From Rhizaria sp. SCN 62-66 (lineage: Eukaryota), in contig MEDY01000065.1 in assembly GCA_001724265.1 (NCBI GenBank), forward strand, positions 62,001-99,701: a stretch of DNA of 37,701 nucleotides, written 5' to 3'. Below are positions 10,001 to 23,800 of this stretch, one piece after another (the stretch's first letter is position 1; each line of letters starts with the position of its first letter). The position numbers were made by a program, and so were the translations under genes. The notes under the pieces were generated by a model that saw only the letters and a program-made list of their open reading frames with translations, did not search any database and had not been told where the DNA came from.

Positions 10001-12825
10001 GCAGCAGCAGCGGCAGCGGTGGCGGCATCAGCCTCGGCCTTAGCCTTTGCAGCAGCATCAGCCTCCACAGCAGCCGCCGCAGCAGCAGCAGCAGCAGCTT
10101 CAGCCTCAGCCTCAGCCTCAGCCTCAGCCTCAGCAGCGGCCTTAGCAGCGGCCTTAGCCTCCTCAGCAGCCTTGGCCTCCTCAGCAGCCTTGGACTCCTC
10201 AGCAGCCTTGGCTTCCGCGGCAGCAGCGGCGGCGGCAGCAGCAGAAGCCTTGCGGCCCTTCTTGGCGCTCTTCTTGGCGCTCTTAACGAGCAGCTCAACG
10301 CGGCCAGTTGCGTTGCGGATGCCAGCGGCGCGCGCAGAGCGGCGCACCAGGACATCCTGCGTGCACTCGAACTCGCTCTGTGCGTCGCTTTGCTCGCCGT
10401 CCGCGTCCGCCGCAGCCTCATCCGCCGCAGCCTTGTCGGCCGCAGCTGCAGCCGCGACGGACTTGCCGCAAGTGCGGATGCTCGTGTTGCCGCCGCCATT
10501 GCGGCAGTCAGACTTGTCGTCCGAAGACTCGGGCTCGGTGGCGGCGGCAATCGCGGCGGCGGCGGCAGCGGCGGCAGCGGCCGCGGAGGCGGCACGGGGA
10601 GTGCGCCCGGCACGAGGCGTGCGCGCAGCAAGCGGCGTGCGCGCGGCCGAGTCGGCGGCGGGCGAGAAGTTAAGTCGCTTCACGGGAATCGCGCCCGTGG
10701 GCGACGCGACCAAAGCCATTGCGTCAGCGCTGGACATGCCAGCGATGTTGTTGCTCGCGCCGCGCTCGACGTCGCTGTTGTCGTTGACGCCAGCCTTGTA
10801 GCTGCTGTTCCTGCCGCTGTTGTTGCTGTAGCCGTCATCGTCGCAGTAGTCGTCCTCGTCGTCGTCGCGAGGCATGCTGACCGTGGCGACAATATCCCTC
10901 ATCACCGCGGTGGACTCGGCGCTGTTGAACAGATCCGCCGCGTCCCCGGCCTTGGCCACGGCCGCCGCAGCCGCAGCGATGGCCGCGGCCGCAGGGGAGG
11001 CGCGAGGGCGCTTTTTGCGCGTGCTGACGGTGGCGGGGAGCTTCACCGCCCCGCTGAGCAGGCCCCCGAGGCCGAGGCCGCCGCGGGCAAGCGAGCTGGC
11101 GGGCGTGGTCGCGTCGTCGCAGTCGGCATCGCCCTCGCCGGCGGCCGCGGGCTTGGGCGCGGGGACGGGCGTGGCAGCGGAGTCGCTGCTGGCGGGGAGC
11201 AAATCGACGAAATCGTCGTCGTCGTCGTCACTCGCCATAGGAAGCGCGCGAACTGTAGTAGCATCAGAGCTCAAGCTCGAGTCGTTCGTCGCCGCAGCGG
11301 CAGCGGCAATGGCCGCGGCAACTCTCGCGGCCGCGGCGGCAGTGGCAGCGGGGACAACCACAGCGGCGTCAGTCTCAGTCGCACTCTCACCCTCGGCGGC
11401 TCCAGTCGCGGCCTGCTTGGCCTCGGCAGCGGCGGCTCTAGTCGCGGCCGCAGTCGCGATGAGAGGGCGCGAGATGAGCGAGGGCGTCATGAACACGCTG
11501 CCGCCGCGCGCCCGCTTCCCAGTCTTGCTCGCGCTCGCAGTCGCCGTCGCCGTGGCAGCGGGCGCCGGCGCGGGCGCAGCAGCGGCGGCAGCGGTGACGG
11601 CGACGGCGGCGGTGGCAGGCCGCAGCGGCACGGCAGCACGCGCGGCCATGCGCAGCGGCACAGTGCCAGCAGCGCCGGAGGCGGCAGCGGCGGCAGCGGC
11701 AGCGGCGGCAGCGGCAGCGGCGGCGGTCGCGGCGGGCGCAGCGGCACCGGGAATCGAGGCGGGGCCAGCAACGCGGAGAGCAAAGCCGAGGCTGCGCGCG
11801 GGCGCAAGCGCGGCGGGGGCGGCGCCGGCGATCTTCGGCGCGGCAGCAGGGGCAGCGGCAGCAGCGGGGAGAGCGCAGCTGTGCGTGGTGGACGCAGGCT
11901 TGGAGTTGTTGGTGGGCTCGGCGTCAGAGTCTGAGCTGATGTCGTCGAGATTAAGCACCATCGCAGTGCGGCAGACGGCGCCGGAGCCCGAAGGGCTACC
12001 CTTCGCGGCAGCAGCTGCAGCCGCAGTCGCCGTCGCGGCCTTCGCACCAGCAGTGGGGGCGGTGGGGCGCGCGCGGGACGCGGAGGCCGGGCGCGCGGCG
12101 GCGCCAGAGGCAACGGGGCGAACGGCGGCGTTGTGAGCCGCAGTAGTGTTGCTGTTGCTGTTGCTGGTGGTGGCGGCGGCGGTGGCGCGGGTGGCTGAGG
12201 GGGGGCGCACTGCAGCAGTACCAGCAGCAGCGGGGGCGCGGGCGGCGCTGCTAGCGCGAGAGGCGGGACCTGCGGAGCCCGGACGCGTGGCGCGGCTCTG
12301 GCGCGCAGCGTTACTGCCGTCCTTACTGTCCTTTGCAGCAATAGCAGTCGAGGCAGCCTCCTTGCCAGCGACAATAGCCTTGCTGTTAGCGGCAGACGAG
12401 ACGCGCAAGGGCTGGGTACCGGCAGTGGCACCAGTCTTGCGAGAAGACGCGTGCTTCGTGTTGGCGGCGGCGGAAGAGGACGGGGACGAATATCCGCGGT
12501 CTGCGGCAGCCGAGGAGGACGAGGAGGCAGAGAACAGGTTGGCGTGGCCAGGAGACATGACCTCCGAATTTAGGGTATCTACAAGCACGGAAAGAGAAAA
12601 ATAGATATTAAATAGTTAGATTAAATTGTTTTTAATTGTCATGATGAGAGAAACCAAGCGAGATGAATGTGGGATACGTGACGTACCAAACCAACGGTCG
12701 ATGCCTTCGTTGACCTCGAGGCGAGTGAAGTCGCACCAACGGGGTGCGTCGAATTCATACATTTCGTTGAAGAACGACGGGCGCTCGGACGGCGCCGAGG
12801 CTGCAACAGTTGTTGTTGAAGCCAT
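7048..12825 (-). CDS. TPX2-like spindle/microtubule-associated protein, 1889 aa, mostly Ala-rich low complexity; exons 12825-12687, 12578-7048
   Basis: Exon 1 encodes YEFDAPRWCDF...IDRWF, matching the TPX2 N-terminal Aurora-A-binding motif pair. Intron 12686-12579 (GTACGT...TTGTAG, phase 1) joins in frame to the 1846-aa ORF. Internal TPX2-type FVFKARPLP motif (~8930-8956) and many S/T-P sites. No TPX2 C-terminal (KLEEK-type) domain recognised. Confidence 0.7.
8581..8633. repeat. Coding microsatellites (GCA)n and (GCAGGA)n, encoding poly-Ala and Ala-Pro on the minus strand
   Basis: Seen directly: cgcagcagcagcagcagcagcagaagcaggagcaggagcaggagcaggagcag. Confidence 0.9.
10098..10215. repeat. Coding tandem repeats: (GCCTCA)n and ~18-bp units encoding AEE[A/S]KA and (AE)n
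   Basis: Seen directly; the minus-strand protein reads EAKAAEESKAAEEAKAAEEAKAAAKAAAEAEAEAEAEAEA. Confidence 0.85.
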
Positions 12826-13528
12826 TTCTTCGCTTTACGCCACCGGCAGACACAGGATTGTCTCTGTGAGGTATGCGTGAAGGAAGACCTGAGGCAGAGC
12901 AGAGCGAATCATAGAGCGGGGAATACGATCGAGTCTAGTGAGATATATTCAGCGTTGATAGGAACAATAAAAAGAATATCATATAAAATCATATCTATAT
13001 TATTATGAGCAAAGGTTAACATTGTATAGAATCGAGTAAACATGGCTCCTGAAACGTGAAGAGAATCGTCGGTCCGTTGGTTGCGAGTCGTCCAACGGCT
13101 CGAAACTCTGGCGCGGTCGGTCCAATCTTCCTAACATCTGAGCCGCACGCGACAGCACTTAAAATAGTAAATATAACATATCATATGAATGACCCTTACA
13201 CTAGTAATAGCAATTATACTAATTTTATGAATAATTTATACTAAGACGTTAGAACAGAAACAATTTATTCAAATATAACAACGAAAATCCGTGTCGTTGC
13301 TCCAGCTCATACTCTCGCAAGCAAAGCCAATGATTTACGCAAATGACGTTACTATCTGTCTGCGTTACACAACATATAAGTTACTCCTCATGTATCAAGC
13401 ACACTCACATCATCACTTGAACACTGCGACGACGGCAACCAAGCGCGTCGTGCAGTCGCGCACTGTGCTGATGCAAGTACTTCGCGCCGACTGCAGCGCT
13501 TCGGCTCTCTCTCGCCTCTTGGGCGCGC

Positions 13529-14828
13529 TTAGTAGCCGGCGGCGGCCTTCTCCTCCTGGAGCTCCTTGACGTTGGCGGCGATGCGCGCCTGGGCGTTCTC
13601 GTCGAGCTTGAGGCCCTGGACGATCTGGTAGTGCCCGTTGGCGGCAACGCAGGGGAAGGAGAAGATGAGTCCCTTGGGGACGTTGTAGGAGCCGTCGGAG
13701 ACGACGGACATGGCGACCCACTCGCCCTTGGGCGTGCCCAGCGCCCAGTCGCGGATGTGGTCCACGGCGGCCTGCGCGGCCGACGCGGCGGAGGACTTGC
13801 CGCGGGCCTTGATGATGGCGCCGCCGCGGAGCGCGACGGTGTCGACGAGCGCCTTGCTCACGTACGCGGGGTCGTTGACGGCGGCGGCGATGGAGGACAC
13901 CATGCCCTGGCGCGGCACGTCAACCACAACGCCGTGCGCCACGTCAGGGTACATCGTGTTCGAGTGGTTGCCCCAGATGGCGATGTTCTTGACCTGGCTG
14001 GGGTTGACGCCCAGCTTCTCCGAGAGCTGGCCCACCGTGCGGTTGTGGTCCAGACGGGTCATGGCGTGGAACTGCGTCGCAGGCACGTCGGGTGCGTTGA
14101 GCATGGCGATGAGCGCGTTCGTGTTGGCCGGGTTGCCGACGACGAGAACCTTGACGTTCTTCTTGGCGAAGGAGTTGATGGCCTTGCCCTGGCCCTGGAA
14201 GATGGTCGCGTTGGCCTTAAGCAGGTCCGCGCGGTCCATGCCGGGGCCACGGGGGCGGGCGCCGATGAGGAGGGCGACGTCGCAGCCGGAGAAGGCGACC
14301 TGGTAGTCGGTGGTGCAGACGATCTTGGAGATGAGCGGGTACGCGCAGTCGGTGACCTCCATCGCGACGCCGGCGAGGTTGTTGGCCATGGCCGGGATGT
14401 CGAGCAGACGCAGCTCGATGGGCTGGTCGGCACCGAGCATCTGGCCGGCGGCGATCATGGGAATAATCGAATACGCGATGTTGCCACACGCGCCGGTGAC
14501 GACGACGACGGCGGGGGCCTTTGAAGACTGTGGTGGAGAAAGGCCGAGGATCGGAGGTAACGAGGAGGGGGGAATCGAGCATGAAGAGATTCGTGGATAC
14601 AGGGAATATAAGTGTGAGACAGGGACAAACCACTCGGGTCTATGGAGATAATACAGTGTCTAAATTAGTGTGAAGGAAGAAACATGCAAGAATATAGCGA
14701 ACACGATGTGCATTGAGGGACGCGGAACGTACGGCAGAGGTGGGGTTGACCCAAGCCTTGTTCATGGGCTTGTCAAGACCCATGCTCTTGGCGAAGAAGG
14801 AAAGACGAGCCTGAGCAGCAGTAGACAT
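13529..14828 (-). CDS. MDH1: Malate dehydrogenase, cytosolic-type (MDH1-like) family, 364 aa with ~35-aa N-terminal extension; exons 14828-14733, 14527-13529
   Basis: Motifs VVVTGACGNIAYS, LRLLDIP, GARPRGPGMDRADLL, VLVVGNPANTN, MTRLDHNR, IWGNHS, ARGKSSAASAA. Phase-0 intron 14732-14528 (GTACGT...CCACAG). TAA stop. Confidence 0.95.
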
Positions 14829-15366
14829 AGGAGTAACTGTGGGGTTGGAAACAAGTGGCAGAGAAAGGGGCGCAGTGAGGTGGAACGTTCTATCGAGTGC
14901 AAATGTCGGTCTTGAAGCAGATACTTCTGAGGTCCCACGTGAGAACGCGCTCAGGGTGCAGTACGCTGGCCCCGTCCACACTCTGCGTCAAAAATTAATG
15001 TAAAAATAGCCAACACAGATCGTTCAACTCGGCCTCAAAAATCCAGCGTGCAGCGCAATGACTGAGCCTCACGAAAACGCACTTTCTTCCCTTCTTGAAT
15101 GCATCTTCGCGACTGGGCGTGTGGTGGCTGTCGTCGCGGTCCCCACCCTTTGCGGTCCTTTTTTTTCCCTTTTCCTTTTTATATCGAGTCTTTTTTCGCG
15201 CGAAACTTTACCAAGGTGTTTTTTATAGTCCATATTTATTAAATTCAAGTTTTTAATGTCTTCAAGTCGAAAAAAAATAGTCAAAATGGACTATGGTATA
15301 TGTCTATGTGGCTGGGCAAGTCACTCAGGCACTTTATTTTATTAAAGTACAAGAAGTCTAAATTTT

Positions 15367-15457
15367 GCCGTGGTTACTCTTTATGCACTCGTCAGTCCTT
15401 CGGCTGATTAAGTGCGACCGAAGTCGGGAGCTCGATTCCCACCGATATTATTTTTTT
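15367..15457. ncRNA. Candidate small structured RNA (three abutting hairpins followed by a T-run); identity and strand unknown
   Basis: GC-richer island in an AT-rich spacer. Stems: GCACT/AGTGC (15385-89/15411-15) enclosing GTCAGTC/GGCTGAT; GAC-CGAA-GTC (15416-25); GGGA-GCTCGAT-TCCC (15426-40). T7 run at 15451-15457. Confidence 0.35.
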
Positions 15458-15796
15458 GACAATTTTTGACACACAAATATAAAATTTTGTATATTTTTGT
15501 TCAATATCACAGAGTTACATGTTGATTCAAGATATATATCCTGAGGCAATCCTGAGGCAATCTTAATCCGTATTTTTGTTGTCACAAGTGTTACGCAGCA
15601 ACAACGACGATAAGGCGACTGAGGTGAAATCGCTGGCCTCTGTATTATTAAGCTTAGATCGGCCATTGTCGCGCATTATGTAACATTTTTCTCATCAATA
15701 TAGCTCAAAACCAAGGAATTAATCAAGTACAGTCATCCGAGACACGCAGCGCATCATAGTCCCTCATGGCGTAGACTGTATAGTGAGCGAGTTGCC

Positions 15797-18199
<2,403 letters not shown>

Positions 18200-18674
18200 C
18201 GACGGCGATCTACAGGGAGTCGACACAGGGTGAAGAGCATAGGGAAGATGAGCATCGTCTAGCGCGACCAGGACCAGTTAGAATAGATTGATAGAGTCAG
18301 TATAAGATGTAAAATAACTTATAAATGTAGTTAATACAACCAAAATACGCAGGTAAGCGCAATAGAGACGTGTGATTCGAATTTTAATAGATAACTTTGA
18401 ACGGCAGCGATCCGTTGGAGCGCAGAGTAGCGAGTAAGCTGCAACTGATAGTGAATATCTCTGCAGAATGTCCGTCAGGAGAGATATCATAATGATCACG
18501 TAGAATTTACCACACATATATCACTTTTCCTTTTTTAATACGTCTCAGTGATTTGATTCTGTTGTGATAGCACGCATTTTTAAAGTCCTCATTTACACAC
18601 AACTTCTTCCCTCGACGCTGCCGCACTTACATATCAGTAGACGCACTCAAGAAGGTTCTTAGCCCGCTCTTTCG
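18200..18674. promoter_or_regulatory. Divergent (head-to-head) intergenic region between KATNAL2 and NOSIP; probable bidirectional promoter
   Basis: Only divergent junction in the window; 475 bp, AT-rich. Function inferred from geometry only. Confidence 0.45.
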
Positions 18675-20439
18675 ATGTCGTCATACACTGTACGTTTTAT
18701 TTAGCTTTCCAGCTGGACCATAGTACTCTGTCACATCTTCCACACTCAATCGTCCGTCCCCGCATGATCTCTTTCGCTCACATCAACTTTGACTTGCCTC
18801 CACACCAACACAAACAACGCTAACCGCACTATCACGGCACCGCGTGCAGAACTTCACTCCTCATGAGCGTGAGCGCGCGATTCGTGAGGTCAAGTACGGC
18901 ACGCAGACCGTACAGCTCACTGCGGAGTCCTTCCCCGAGGTCGACGACTGCTCGCTCTGTCTTACTGGTACGCACTTTACGCAACAAAAGCGCGATACAA
19001 TCTTAACATATCAACTAGTGACACAGCATGACTACTATCAAATCATATTGAACAACAAATTTTATATTTGTTGCTGTATCCACAACGATTTGCGCTTGCT
19101 GTGCTTCATAATGTGTATTTTCTCACATCATTGTTACATTACACGCTTCGCTGTGTTATGATTTGGCTTGTGTTCGGCCTACAGCCGCTATCGAGCCCGT
19201 GGTCTGCTCCCATGGCCACCTCTTCTGCAAGGGATGCGCGTACGAGTATCTGCTGCACCAAAAGACCAAGCAGAAGCGGCTCGCGCGCGAGGCCGCCGCC
19301 GAGACCGCGGCCGACGCCGCCGTGGACGCGGCCGCCTCGCGCAGGGCCGAAAGCGAGCGCCTCGAAGAGTTCAACCGCGCGCAGAACGCGCTGCTGCCAT
19401 CCGCCGCAATTGCAGCCGCTAGCGCGACCGTGGCCAGCAGCAGTGGCGCCGCCGCTGGCGCTGAGGCAGCTGCGAGCAGCAGCAGCAGCAACAGCAGTAG
19501 TGCCCAGCAGCAGGCGCCGCCGGGGTACAAGGCCGTGGCGACGGAGGACGGGCGCGTGGCGTTTGTATTGGACGCCGACGTGATCCGTAAGCACACGACG
19601 GCGGCTGGTGTGACACGGCTGGCCACGGCCGAGGAGCGCAACGCGCAGAGCCGCGTCGTGCCCTCGTTCTGGATCCCCGCCGTGGCTCCCGACGCCGGCG
19701 TCAAGAAGGTGCGTGACTAGAGACGTATCTCTATGCTGTTATTTTGCATGCACACGAATTAAAGATGCTTCTGTTTCCTGATTGTTAATCTGTGTTCATT
19801 CACTCACTTCCTTGGCTTTTCGCTTGCTTGTCTTATGCACATATTAACTGGCTGCAGACTGAGAAGATGGACGAGATCATCTGCCCCAAAGGCAGCCACC
19901 CGCTGAAGCTTAAGCAGTTGCGGCCGGTGCACTTCACCAAGCCCACGGAGCAGCAGGCCAAGGACATGAAGATCGACGGCAAGTGTACGTAACAAAAACA
20001 CATCGCATTGAACACAGATGAAATCGATTGCTGCCTCAACAATATTTTGTGAAAACACCTGTATATGACAGTGATTATGATGAATTTTAATTTTTATTAC
20101 TCAAATCACAAGTATTTGCACTATTTATGTATTTTCTTCTTATTAATCACACTTCAAATCACATCATTTTGCATATTCGTACACACAGCGTCCCGTTTCG
20201 TCTGCGGCGCCTGCTCCCGCCTGCTGACCAAGTCCGTCAAGTCCGTGTGCCTGCGCGCGTGCGGCCACGTGATCTGCGACCCCTGCCGCGTGCGCCTCGT
20301 GGATAAGGACCCCACGTGCCCCGACTGCGCCGCCGGCGTCGTCACCAGTGACATCGTCGCGCTCTCGACCGGAGCCGCGGGCTTCGCCAGCTCCGGGGCC
20401 GCCGTCGCGAGCAAGCGGGTGCGCGCTGCGTTCCATTAA
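18675..20439 (+). CDS. NOSIP: Nitric oxide synthase-interacting protein (NOSIP)-like RING protein, 344 aa; exons 18675-18689, 18850-18967, 19185-19708, 19858-19984, 20189-20439
   Basis: FTPHER...YGTQTVQL...DDCSLCL...PVVCSHGHLFCKGCAYEYLLHQK, PSFWIP, CPKGSHPLKLKQLRPVHF and a C-terminal RING followed by GFASSG. Four GT-AG introns keep frame (1035 nt). The 15-nt first coding exon is the least certain part. Confidence 0.88.
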
Positions 20440-20861
20440 GGTTTACACAGGCTTAAACGCGGTTGGGTTGGAGTTGAGTTATACGATGCACGAAGCGAAG
20501 TTACACTTTTGTAATTGTGATGCTTCAGTTTGTGTCAGGATCAGTGTTTGTTTTCAAATGCATGTCGATGGTTTATAAAATTAAATGTTGCATGTATTGT
20601 TGTCTATATAGTAGTATTGCTCAAAAAGAGCGCAATGTACAGCGAAACACATTTCCACACTGGCACATGTTGTGATAGCTGCACACGATAAATTATGAAG
20701 ACGTAGATGATACGTATTCCCAGTGAAAATACAATAAGAATGAATAAATAAATGTACCGCTCATTATTATTGATCCCATCATTAAGATAACCTTTGCAAT
20801 AAGATGTGGGGATTGATTGACTGCGACTATATTCCTGAAGTGCCACTTACTGTTCGCATAC

Positions 20862-23800
20862 TCACAGCGCAATAAGTCCAGCGCCCATGCACTCGTACAG
20901 ATCCCTGCCGTTGAAGCGCGCACCGACACCGCCGTCTTCAGCCCGGTGCACCTGCTCCTGCGTCGAGCCCAAGAAACGCTCGAACTTGGGCTCCACGGGC
21001 GGCCATAGCGCGCGCGCGGCGTCCTCTGCGTCAGGCGCGAGGTCCGCAGGCAGTGCGCGGTACAGGGCTAGCGTCTGGCCCGGAGTAAGCGCCTCGCTAA
21101 AGCCCGCGGGGAGGTGCACGCGCAGGCAGAGCTCATACTTGCCCTTGTTTTCATCGCCAGCACTCGCACTAGCGGCAGCAGTAGTGCTGCTGGTGGCGTC
21201 GCTGTTGCTGCTCGTGTTAAGGTCGCTGTCAATGGTGGAGCTTGGCGCGCGAATGGGCAAGCCGTCCTCGCCCAAAGTCACCGCAGGCGCCACGCCCATG
21301 CGAGCCCTCGACTCAGCCTCCACAGCACTCGCACTGGCAGCGTCCACCGCAGCGCTGTTCGCCGCCGCGCCGGCATCAGCAACATTCTCTGATTCGGCGT
21401 CCTCGGCAGCCTCAACGCGGAAGTGTCCCTGCAGCCCCGCGGCCTCGAGCGCCTGCGCCAGCGTCGCGTCGCGGGCCACGCCGGCGCCGCGGCCGTCGTA
21501 GCACTCCTCGAGCAGCGCGCGCGGCACGCGTTCGGCCGACACGCGCACGGGGACGAGAGCGCCGGTGGACCGCAGCTTGGCCAGGCACGGCACGCCCAGC
21601 GCGGACAGCGCCGCGGGGCCCGTCTGCGTCGCCGCCGCGGCGGGCGCGCGGTCGGACAGAGGGAAGATCTGCACCGTGGTGGCGGCGTACGCCCACAGGG
21701 GCGCAAGGGCCACGCTGGCGTTGAAGGGCTCGCGCGCGCGGGCGGCGTCGTAGGCGGCGCGTTGCTCGGAGAGGAACTCCTTATGCTGCCACGTGGGGAG
21801 GCGGCGCAGCAGGCCCTGCGCCTCGGCGCGCTGGAGCGACAGCGTGGTCGCCACGGTGCACGCCAGACTGCGGTCAACGCCCGCGTCGCCGGAGCTCGTC
21901 ACAGTCTCTGCAGCAGGCGAGGTGGACGCGGTGACTGCGGCAGCGGCCTCGGCCTCCGCGCGCTCAGCCTCGGCCACGGCGGGCGGAATGAGCGTCTCCA
22001 GCGTCATCTCCAGTTCGCGCAGGTGCGCCGCGCGGGCCGGGTCCTCGCCCGCGGACCGCGCATGCCCGCGCGCGATGGCGTGCCAGCGCTCGAGGTACAC
22101 GGCGCGCGCGCGGTGCACGCGGCCCAGCAGCAGCGCCTGCTCGGCGCGGTGCCAGCGCGCGAGCGGGGCCAGCGAGCGCTGCAGCGACGCGAAGTCGTGG
22201 CTAGGCATCAGCGGCGGAAACGGCGTCTGCCACGAGAAGCCGCGGACAAGGAACGATGTGCGACGCGTGACGGCGTGCGTGGCGGGCGCGGCGCAGACGG
22301 CGTTGATGGCGCGCAGCTTGCGCACGCAGCGGTACGGCAGTGGGAACGCACCGTCGGCCACGCGCTTGCCCTCGGTGTAGTGCACCAGACCCGAGTGCTC
22401 GAGAGGGAAGTCGCGCGCGGGAGCCAGGCCGGCCGAGCCCCCGTGAGCCGAAGACGACGCAGACGACACGGCGTTCGAGCTGGACGCGGAGGCTGAGGTT
22501 GTTGCGGCTGGAAGTCGGCGCCGGCCCTTGAGGAAGAGCGCGTCCGCGAGTGCAACTGCGGGCTCGTCCGGCGAAAGCCGCTCCAGCGCGCCGTACGCGG
22601 CCGCGGCGCGCTGCCATATGGGGGCCTCTTCAGCCGACGTGCCGGCGCTGAAGCCGGAGCCGAAGGGCGAGGCGGCAGTGTTGGACGCCGCCGGCGAGGA
22701 GGGCAGGAAGATGGAGCCGCCTGCGGGCGCAAGCTGCTGCGGCGCGGCGGGGGCCATCGGCGGGGCCAGCAGGCTGCCGCTGGGCATCGCCCTAATCTGC
22801 GACGGCGGCTGCGACTGGGACTCCGCGAGGGGAAACGAGGCCGTCGGAGGGAGCGCGTCGACCAGCGGCGTGAACAGCGCCTCCAACCCCTGCGTGAGCG
22901 TCATGCGCACCGCGGGGGCCGACGGCGGGGCCGCGAAGGACACCAGCGGGCGCAGCTCCGACGGCAGTGAGGCCAGTGCGGCGGCGTCGGCGGCCGCGTC
23001 GGGCAGCGCGTCGGGCGCGCTTTGGGAGCCGAAACCATCGCTGCCAGTGCTGAAAGAACCGGAGCTGTTGGTGTTGTTTTTGGCATTTTTGTTGTTCGTG
23101 TTGTAGTGCAGCTTGTCGTCAAGCCTGTGATAGCTGTAGCTGTTCATATTCGAGTTCGCATTGAAGATTTCATCGTAATCGCCCTCACTATCACTGTTCG
23201 TGTGCGAGTTCACAGTCACGTTGTTCCCCTCAATACGCCGGCGCCGCGCCAGCGCACTCTCACTGCTGCTCACGCTGCCGCTGCTGCTGCTGCGCGTGTG
23301 GGGCGCGAACTCTGCGGCGTAAAGCGCGAGCGCGGAGGCGAGTCCGTCGGGCGAGACGATGGGGCCCGAGCGCCGGTCCTTGGGCGGCAGGTAGCCGTCG
23401 ATGAAGTCCACGAAGGAGCGTTTCTTGCCGACAAAGCAGATCCCGCGGGAGTCCGTCTTGGCGGCGACGGGGAGTCCCGCGGCGGCGGCGATGGCGCGCA
23501 CCTGCTCCTTGGGCAGGTGGCCGAGCGGGAAGATGACGCGGTCCAGGTGGCCCGCGAGCACGGACGAGAGGAAGTACGTCTGGTCCTTGTGGCCGACGCC
23601 GGAGACGAGGCGCGCAGAGGGCGGCGGCGGCGCGCGCGCGTGCACGCCGCCGACGGCGTAGTCGTGGCCGAAGGAGTGGTGCGCCGGCACGTGGTGCTGC
23701 GAGCGCGACAGCTGGGCGAACGACACGGACGACTTGATGCTGTTCACGCCGTCACCGGTGCTGTCGCCGTTGCTGCCACTCTCGTTGTTTGTGTGCGGGC

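Noticed and set aside
13405..13531. Stop-codon readthrough of MDH to a PTS1, as in animal MDH1
   Set aside because: The stop is TAA-G rather than TGA-CTA, and the readthrough extension ends in ...SDDV, which is not a PTS1.
15367..15445. Canonical tRNA, hammerhead ribozyme (CTGACGA on minus strand), HDV-like ribozyme or SL RNA identity for the hairpin cluster
   Set aside because: No D-arm or 7-bp acceptor stem and no TTCG T-loop; no GAAA core partner; the HDV pairings do not close; no clear donor plus Sm site. Kept only as an unassigned candidate.
15540..15563. Direct repeat CCTGAGGCAAT x2
   Set aside because: Two-copy local duplication with no spacers or element termini; not CRISPR or a recognisable transposon footprint.
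20074..20082. Box C-like ATGATGA in NOSIP intron 4
   Set aside because: No downstream CTGA box D or terminal stem within the intron.
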